A stretch of DNA of 64,000 nt, taken from Gemmatimonadota bacterium (GTDB taxonomy: Bacteria; Gemmatimonadota; Gemmatimonadetes; Palauibacterales; KS3-K002). The notes under the pieces were generated by a model. That model did no database searches and was not told the DNA's origin. It saw only the letters and a list, made by a program, of their open reading frames with translations. Of this stretch, positions 58,062-64,000 are shown piece after piece. The DNA lies in contig JBDHJS010000015.1 of NCBI GenBank assembly GCA_039586795.1, positions 64,001 to 128,000 on the forward strand, written 5' to 3'. Every line of letters starts with the position of its first letter. Position 1 is the stretch's first letter. The translations under genes were made by a program, and so were the position numbers.

Positions 58062-59579
58062 ATGCTTGAGATTGATGGCCGCACGCTGACCCTGGAGGAT
58101 GTCTGGCGGGTCGCGATGTCTGCTGAGGCGGAAGTTGGCTTAAGCTCGGCGGCTCGCGAAGCGATCGATGCCTCACGGCAGGTTGTCGAACGCTTGATGC
58201 AGGGCAGGGAGCCCGTGTACGGGGTCACCACGGGTTTTGGCCGGCTCTCGGAGGTAACCGTCCCGCGTGACCGTCGACTGGAGATGCAGGAGAATCTGAT
58301 CCGCAGTCACGCCAGCGGTTTTGGCAAGCCTCTGGATCGTAGTGTCAGTCGTGCGGTCATGCTGCTCCGCGCCAACTCTCTGGCTCGAGGGAACTCGGGC
58401 GTTCGAGGCGAGGTCGTTGATCTACTGATCGCGTTGATACGCAATGGGATCGACCCCGTGATACCGGAATTCGGTTCCGTTGGAGCCAGTGGTGATCTGG
58501 CCCCGCTGGCCCACGTCGCGCTGTGCTTGCTAGGCGAAGGGCGGGTGCACGGGGATGCGGGTCCTGAGGAGGCGGCGAGCGCTTTGAAACGAGCTGGGCT
58601 GGAGCCGGTTCAGCTGCATGAGAAGGAAGGGCTGGCCCTGATCAACGGGACCCAGGCGACAACAGGACAAGGCGTGCTCGCCTTGCTTCGTGCGGAGTCG
58701 GCTCTCGAGACCGCAGAACTAGCGGGTTGTATGTCGCTGGAAGGGTTGATGGGGACGCCTACACCCTTTGACGAAAGGGTTCATGATAACCGTCCACACC
58801 CTGGCCAGATCACCACCGCCGCCCGCCTGCGAGCGCTGCTTGCCGACAGCGAGATTCGCGAAGCCCATAGACATGGTGACCCGCGGGTCCACGATGCCTA
58901 TTCTCTGCGTTGCATACCGCAGGTCCATGGCGCTGCCCGGGAGGTGATGGGCTTCGTGCGACGGATTCTCGAAGTCGAGATCAACAGCTCGACGGACAAC
59001 CCGTTGGTGTTCGCGGATCAGGGGGACATCATCAGCGCCGGGAACTTCCACGCGCAGCTTCCATCAGCGGCGCTCGACTTCCTGACAATGGTGTGTACCG
59101 ACCTCGCATCGATCAGTCAGCAACGGATCGAGCGCTTACTCAACCCGGACCTATCGGGCCTTCCCCCATTCCTTGCCCATGACCCCGGCGTCGAGTCAGG
59201 ATTCATGATCGCCCAGGTTGCAGCCGTGGATGTTCTGTCGGAGATGCGAGTGCTTTCTCACCCGGCCAGCGTCGACTCGGTGACGACAAGCGCGAACAAG
59301 GAAGACCATGTGTCAATGGGCATGGAGTCGGCACGTAAGGTCTCCCGCGCGGTGGAGTGTCTGCAGTATGTGCTCGCGATAGAGCTGATGTGCGCCGCTC
59401 AGGCACTCGAGTTCCTCAAGCCGCTCACGCCGAGCCCCGGCGTGGCGGCGGGCCACGAGCTGATCCGCGATAAGGTGCCGCCTCTCGAAGGGGATCGCGT
59501 TTTGGGCGGTGACATAGAGAGCATCCGCACATTGATAGACGACGGTGCTTTCCGAGAGGTGGTCGAGCGTTTCGCGTAG
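58062..59579 (+). CDS. hutH: Histidine ammonia-lyase
   Basis: YGVTTGFG, LIRSH, GSVGASGDLAPL (MIO), KEGLALINGT, DAYSLRC, NFH and EDHVSMG. Confidence 0.95.
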   Translation: MLEIDGRTLTLEDVWRVAMSAEAEVGLSSAAREAIDASRQVVERLMQGREPVYGVTTGFGRLSEVTVPRDRRLEMQENLIRSHASGFGKPLDRSVSRAVMLLRANSLARGNSGVRGEVVDLLIALIRNGIDPVIPEFGSVGASGDLAPLAHVALCLLGEGRVHGDAGPEEAASALKRAGLEPVQLHEKEGLALINGTQATTGQGVLALLRAESALETAELAGCMSLEGLMGTPTPFDERVHDNRPHPGQITTAARLRALLADSEIREAHRHGDPRVHDAYSLRCIPQVHGAAREVMGFVRRILEVEINSSTDNPLVFADQGDIISAGNFHAQLPSAALDFLTMVCTDLASISQQRIERLLNPDLSGLPPFLAHDPGVESGFMIAQVAAVDVLSEMRVLSHPASVDSVTTSANKEDHVSMGMESARKVSRAVECLQYVLAIELMCAAQALEFLKPLTPSPGVAAGHELIRDKVPPLEGDRVLGGDIESIRTLIDDGAFREVVERFA

Positions 59580-59673
59580 ACGCGACTCACTGAAACTGAG
59601 GCATGCGGCGCACCGTAAGGTCTACTGTTGAATGAGCTGAGACCGTAAAGAATCACCGAACAGCGGACTTCAT

Positions 59674-59934
59674 ATGAGCTTCATCTCCTGGATCATATTC
59701 GGTCTGATCGCCGGCACAGTCGCCAAGATGTTGCACCCCGGGCGGAACCCCGGTGGCTGCCTTGTAACCGCTCTGTTGGGAATCGGCGGAGCTATGTTGG
59801 GTGGCTGGATTGGGACCCAGCTTGGATGGGGGCGCGTTGATGAGTGGTCATGGCGAGCGATGGGCCTGGCAGTGGTCGGATCGTTTGTGATCCTGATTGC
59901 CTACCGCATCTTGTTTGGCAAACCGCGGGACTGA
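59674..59934 (+). CDS. GlsB/YeaQ/YmgE (transglycosylase-associated) membrane protein
   Basis: WIIFGLIAG..AK...PG...GG...T.LLGI.GA..GG. Confidence 0.9.
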   Translation: MSFISWIIFGLIAGTVAKMLHPGRNPGGCLVTALLGIGGAMLGGWIGTQLGWGRVDEWSWRAMGLAVVGSFVILIAYRILFGKPRD

Positions 59935-60531
59935 GCGCGGCACCCACCGTTTGCCGGCTTCCGTAGCTGGCCGCAGGTTTGAGCATCAGACTCACTTCTT
60001 TGGCAGTCCGGGAGCTGTTTCTGTCTGAGCTTTGATGATCGCGAACGACTGCTCCGGCGACTGAAAGTTCTGGAGCGCGAATCGGCGAGCTTTCAACGTC
60101 AACTCGATGAGCTACGGCACGAACTGGCGCGTCTAGAGAGTCTGCCAGTCGAGGCTCGCGAGCGTGGCACCGATTCGGACGTCGCTTTCATAAGTGGTTG
60201 GGCGAATTACGGGCCTTGCCGCGTGCGATCAGCTACGACCTCTCAAATCTGGCCCGCCTCTATCGTATCGGCAGTTTCGTGCTTCTCGCCCTCTCGTTCT
60301 GGTATTAAAAGTTCCGGGGCTCGGAGGAATAGCGGGCCACATGGAAGACGTTGCGGTCGATTTTGTGAAATTCATGTTACAAATTCACCTGTGGCCGAGT
60401 TCCCGACTTTTCACTCCTACCCTAGCCAACTTGCCCGTCGAACGAGAAACGTTTGCGGTCAAGATGCAAACTCTGCCCGGTCAGTATGTCCGCACAAATC
60501 CTAAGTCGTTGCCCGCCTGACACCTGCCTGT

Positions 60532-60546
60532 TGGCATGAACATGGC
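60532..60546 (+). promoter_or_regulatory. Possible sigma54 promoter for the pilin cluster
   Basis: TGGCAT-GAACA-TGGC keeps the GG-N10-GC spacing; -12 box imperfect. Confidence 0.45.
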
Positions 60547-60603
60547 GCTTTGACCGGACCTGGACCCGCTGAAAATCCCGCCAACAAAGGAATCGAAGCA
60601 CGG

Positions 60604-61029
60604 ATGGTTTCGGTAAGATGTAGGCGAGGCTACACGATGGTGGACATAGCCGTCGTGCTCTTCTTGATCGGCGCCGCGATGTCGGTGAGCGGACCGCTCA
60701 GCCGACGTGTGGTAGCCAGCTACCAGTTGACCTCTGCGGTGCAGACGCTGGTATCGGATTTAGCGCAGACGAAGATCCGGGCCATCCAGTCGAACGCCGT
60801 GTCCACGGTGAGGCGCGAATCGGATCGAGACTACCGGGCGGCAAACCACCCGCGGCGTCTCCCCGGCATGGTACGGTTCGAGAGTTCGAGTACCGATTCC
60901 GTCGCTTACAACGGTCTGGGAGCTGTGACGGATGGCGCGGCGCACGTCTTCGTGTTGGAGAACGTGTTCGGTGAGGCGCGAGAGGTGAGGGTGTACGCTG
61001 CGGGCGGCCATGAGGTGAGGAAGCTGTGA
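60604..61029 (+). CDS. FimT/GspH-like minor pilin
   Basis: Type III signal RRG|YTMVD; AVQTLVSDLAQTKIRAI helix; YNGLG motif. Confidence 0.75.
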   Translation: MVSVRCRRGYTMVDIAVVLFLIGAAMSVSGPLSRRVVASYQLTSAVQTLVSDLAQTKIRAIQSNAVSTVRRESDRDYRAANHPRRLPGMVRFESSSTDSVAYNGLGAVTDGAAHVFVLENVFGEAREVRVYAAGGHEVRKL

Positions 61030-61433
61030 GGAACGCAGCCGGCTTCACTTTGGTCGAGCTGATGGTGGCGCTCGTCATCTTCGCGTTTGGTGTGTTGGCG
61101 GGCGTTGCGTTGCTAGGGGCGGGACACAAGTGGGAGGGGCAAGCGGAGCTGGCGACGCAGATGACGGTTGCGGGTGAGATGAAGATCGAGGAGTTGAAAG
61201 CGATTGCCGGCACCAACCTGCCGGACACGGTTGCCCTGGTCGTCGGTGGTGCTCTGGGATCGAACGTTACGGGATACTCGGACACGACGGATTTGGACGG
61301 TCGGACGTTCACGCGGCGTTGGCGAGTACAGGCGGGCCCGGCGGGGACGAGGCAGGTGACGGTGAGGGTTTTGCCCTTAGACCCGCCCGCGGCAGGGCAG
61401 GCCGAACTCTGGACGAACGTGATTCATGAATGA
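61026..61433 (+). CDS. PilV-like minor pilin
   Basis: AG|FTLVELMVAL; KIEELK, FTRRW.V and QVTVRV motifs. Confidence 0.85.
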   Translation: MRNAAGFTLVELMVALVIFAFGVLAGVALLGAGHKWEGQAELATQMTVAGEMKIEELKAIAGTNLPDTVALVVGGALGSNVTGYSDTTDLDGRTFTRRWRVQAGPAGTRQVTVRVLPLDPPAAGQAELWTNVIHE

Positions 61434-62034
61434 GATGGCGATGAGAGCGTTGACGAAGGGCGGCAAAGCCGGATTCACGACGATCGGGATGATCGTCGCC
61501 CTGCTGTTGTTGGGTCTGATGCTCTCTCCGCTGCTGGGGACGATTCTGTCAGCGCAGAACGGATTCGTGGCAAACCGTGAGCGTGCTCGCGCGGCGGGCA
61601 ACGTTCGGTACGCGCACCTCGCGCTGACCCGGTTCATGAGGCTTGCCGGCAGCAGCCCGGTCGGCCTCCCTCTCCCCGGAATAGATCCGGACCCTGACGG
61701 CAACGGATACTTCGACGATGTCCGCCTGCGCGCTGACTACAATCCTCCGGACGGTGACATCAACGACACGGGTGAGGATCTAGTCTTCTTCGTGCAGGCG
61801 GACACGATGTACGTACGTACAGGGGCAGGCGGCACGCCGGAGCCGTACTTGATTGGCGTCGATTCGTTAGCGTTCGAGTACTACGATCGGGATGGCGTTC
61901 TGATAACGGATCCATCTCTTGTGGCGACGCACGCAATATCGGCGCGCTTAACGATCCGCGCGCGGAGCGAACGGAGCTTCACCCCCACGAAGCGTCTGTT
62001 GAGTGGTGAGGTCAGACTGCGAAACGGGAAGTAG
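61426..62034 (+). CDS. PilW-like minor pilin
   Basis: KAG|FTTIG hydrophobic N-terminus; R.AGS, L.F.YYD.DG and EVRLRN C-terminus. Confidence 0.75.
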   Translation: MNEMAMRALTKGGKAGFTTIGMIVALLLLGLMLSPLLGTILSAQNGFVANRERARAAGNVRYAHLALTRFMRLAGSSPVGLPLPGIDPDPDGNGYFDDVRLRADYNPPDGDINDTGEDLVFFVQADTMYVRTGAGGTPEPYLIGVDSLAFEYYDRDGVLITDPSLVATHAISARLTIRARSERSFTPTKRLLSGEVRLRNGK

Positions 62035-62038
62035 CAAG

Positions 62039-63349
62039 ATGGCTAGAACAGTTCGAGGAAACGAATCGGGAATCGCACTGCTTGCGGTGCTTCTGGCTAT
62101 GGGCCTGCTCACCGTCGTGGGCGCGGCGGTCACGGCGGTTGGGATAGTGGAGTACCGGACGTCCGCGAACCATCGGTCGGCGACGCGGGCGCTGCTGTTA
62201 GCGGATGGCGCGGCCACTCATACGCTCGCTTTGCTGCGTGGCCCGCTGGCGCAGTACAGCTACACCGATGTTCTGCTTGGCGCGGATGGGGTTCCCGATA
62301 CGGACGATGACGGTCTGTTGGTGGGGTTCATGGGTCTGAACGGGGCGGATGCGCTTCCGGATACGGGGATTCAGCTGGAGCAAGGTCGCTATTCGGTATC
62401 GATCGTGAACGACGACTCGGATCCCAGCGGCGATCCTCACAGCGACACCAACAACAGATTCGTCGCGCGCTGTCGTGGCGAGACACCGGACGGCGGCATG
62501 GCAGAAGTGCGGATCATGCTGGCGGCGCCGAGCTTCCCGGCGGTCGCGACGAACGGAGATCTTTACTTACCCGGCACACCGAACATCGTAGGGCCGTGCG
62601 GCGGAGTGCACGCCAACCGGTTGATCGAAGTCAGCGGACATCCCGTGATATCCGGCGACGTAACGGCCGTGGAAGACGTTGTGATCAGCGGCACGATCTA
62701 CGATCCGGATGGCAATGTGGTCGAGCCGAAGTACGGGCCTCCAATGGAGATTCCGGAGTACGATCCGCTGGACTACTGTGGCCCTGCAGACTTCATACTT
62801 GCCGACGGCAAGATGCTCGTGGTCGGTCCGCCGGAAGAGGAGCACAACCTGACAGGCAAGAAGGTATTTGGTTGGCAGTACGACAACTCGACGAAGACTT
62901 ACAACCTGACGGCCAAGGACGCGATCGAGGGCACGGTCTGCGCCCACGGCAATGTGAAGGTCATCGGCGATCTTGGCACCATCGGCGACCCGTTCGGAAT
63001 CTCAATCCTTGCCACCGGATCGGTGCAGATGACAGGGACTCCCGCCATCGAGTCCACCCACCCGGATGGGATACTGATCATGGCAGCGGGCGATGTGCAG
63101 GCGGGTGGTAACGCAGCGGGTACGACGCCGTTCTATGAAGGTATGGTCTACTCTGGCAGCCAATGCCAGGTGAACGGTAACGCGCTGATCCAAGGTCACC
63201 TGCTCTGTTACGATGCACCGGACGGCTCTGGCATGGTCGACCTGTTCGATGACAACAAGATCAACGGTACGCCCACCATCACCTACGACTGTTCAGGCGA
63301 ACAGCGCCGCACGCTGGTCGCCTCGTGGTGGGAGTCTCGCACGCTGTAA
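62039..63349 (+). CDS. PilX-like minor pilin
   Basis: NESG|IALL N-terminus; ALLLADG; C-terminal beta-helix-like region ending SWWE. Confidence 0.8.
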   Translation: MARTVRGNESGIALLAVLLAMGLLTVVGAAVTAVGIVEYRTSANHRSATRALLLADGAATHTLALLRGPLAQYSYTDVLLGADGVPDTDDDGLLVGFMGLNGADALPDTGIQLEQGRYSVSIVNDDSDPSGDPHSDTNNRFVARCRGETPDGGMAEVRIMLAAPSFPAVATNGDLYLPGTPNIVGPCGGVHANRLIEVSGHPVISGDVTAVEDVVISGTIYDPDGNVVEPKYGPPMEIPEYDPLDYCGPADFILADGKMLVVGPPEEEHNLTGKKVFGWQYDNSTKTYNLTAKDAIEGTVCAHGNVKVIGDLGTIGDPFGISILATGSVQMTGTPAIESTHPDGILIMAAGDVQAGGNAAGTTPFYEGMVYSGSQCQVNGNALIQGHLLCYDAPDGSGMVDLFDDNKINGTPTITYDCSGEQRRTLVASWWESRTL

Positions 63350-63373
63350 GTCGAAGGAGGAGTTATACCCGCC

Positions 63374-64000
63374 ATGTCTATCTTCCAGCCACGTCGCATC
63401 CCGCGCGACGACTCAGGCATGGCTCTACTGGCCGTCCTCCTGGCGATGGCGCTGCTCACTGTGATCGGCGCTGCGATAACGGCTATCGGGATCGTCGAAT
63501 ACAAAGCATCGAACAACCATCGCTCGGCCACGCGGGCACTGTTGCTGGCGGACGCTGGCGCAACACACGCACTGGCTTTGATGCGCGGTCCGCTCAGTGA
63601 AGTGAGCTATAGCCAGGTCTTGTTGGGCGATGACGGCCTGCCGGCTACGGGTGACGAAGGCGTCCTCGCAGGTTTCGGCCTCACAGTTCTGGATGCTCTA
63701 CCCGACAGTGGAGTGCTGCTGGGTGATGGGCGCTACTTCGTGCAGCTGGTGAACGATGCTGCCGATCCTAGCGGCGATCCGCATGCGGACACGAACGAAA
63801 GACTGATGGCTGTGTGCCGCGGCGAACTTCCGGATGGAGGTCGGGCCGAGGTGAGGATGATCTTGGCGGCGCCGAGCTTCCCGGCGATCGTTGCCAACGG
63901 AGACCTTCTGCTGCCTGGGAACCCCGATGTACTGGGTCCGTGTGCTGGCGTGCACGCCAATGGAACACTGACAGCCAACGGATCGCCGGTGGTCGATGGT
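63374..64000 (+). CDS. Second PilX-like protein (runs off the window; not in the ORF track)
   Basis: AAGGAGGAG RBS; MSIFQPRRIPRDDSG|MALLAVLLAM...HRSATRALLLAD...DPSGDPH.DTN...AAPSFPA, colinear with 62039-63349. Confidence 0.85.
   Translation, partial: MSIFQPRRIPRDDSGMALLAVLLAMALLTVIGAAITAIGIVEYKASNNHRSATRALLLADAGATHALALMRGPLSEVSYSQVLLGDDGLPATGDEGVLAGFGLTVLDALPDSGVLLGDGRYFVQLVNDAADPSGDPHADTNERLMAVCRGELPDGGRAEVRMILAAPSFPAIVANGDLLLPGNPDVLGPCAGVHANGTLTANGSPVVDG

Noticed and set aside
58062..59579. hutH without other hut genes as a secondary-metabolite aminomutase or Tyr/Phe lyase
   Set aside because: LIRSH specificity residues fit a histidine lyase, there are no biosynthetic genes nearby, and dispersed hut genes are common
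60361..60383. TTTGTGA...TTACAAA as a CRP site
   Set aside because: Half-site spacing is 8 rather than 6; may be another operator but unsupported

Overview
GC-rich bacterial chromosomal segment; several protein families and the gene style suggest Gemmatimonadota or a relative (inference only). About 65 CDSs, with no rRNA, tRNA, CRISPR array or transposase. Main blocks: an ABC exporter; two RND efflux loci; a redox cluster (peroxiredoxin, two tandem Cys-bearing mini winged-helix proteins, TrxC); duplicated outer-membrane beta-barrel genes; ETF:quinone oxidoreductase; an ECF sigma/anti-sigma/Spy-like operon; a sigma54-controlled sulfur operon (SQR, DUF1641, TusE-like, DsrE-like) with a near-consensus -24/-12 promoter, enhancer repeats and a divergent Cys-rich PAS activator; typA plus an N-terminally short Rho; sodA; fetAB-like genes; hutH; and a minor pilin cluster with duplicated PilX. 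The strongest unexplained signal is an orphan, highly base-paired, independently terminated RNA of about 330 nt at 44.48-44.81 kb that matches no family I recognise. Other signals: long fold-back elements with heptamer tandem-repeat arms (7.0 kb and 27.4 kb), a second structured RNA candidate at 20.6-20.7 kb, two genes broken by apparent microhomology deletions, and two apparently catalytically dead enzyme homologs. All structure and family calls were made by eye and need computational confirmation.
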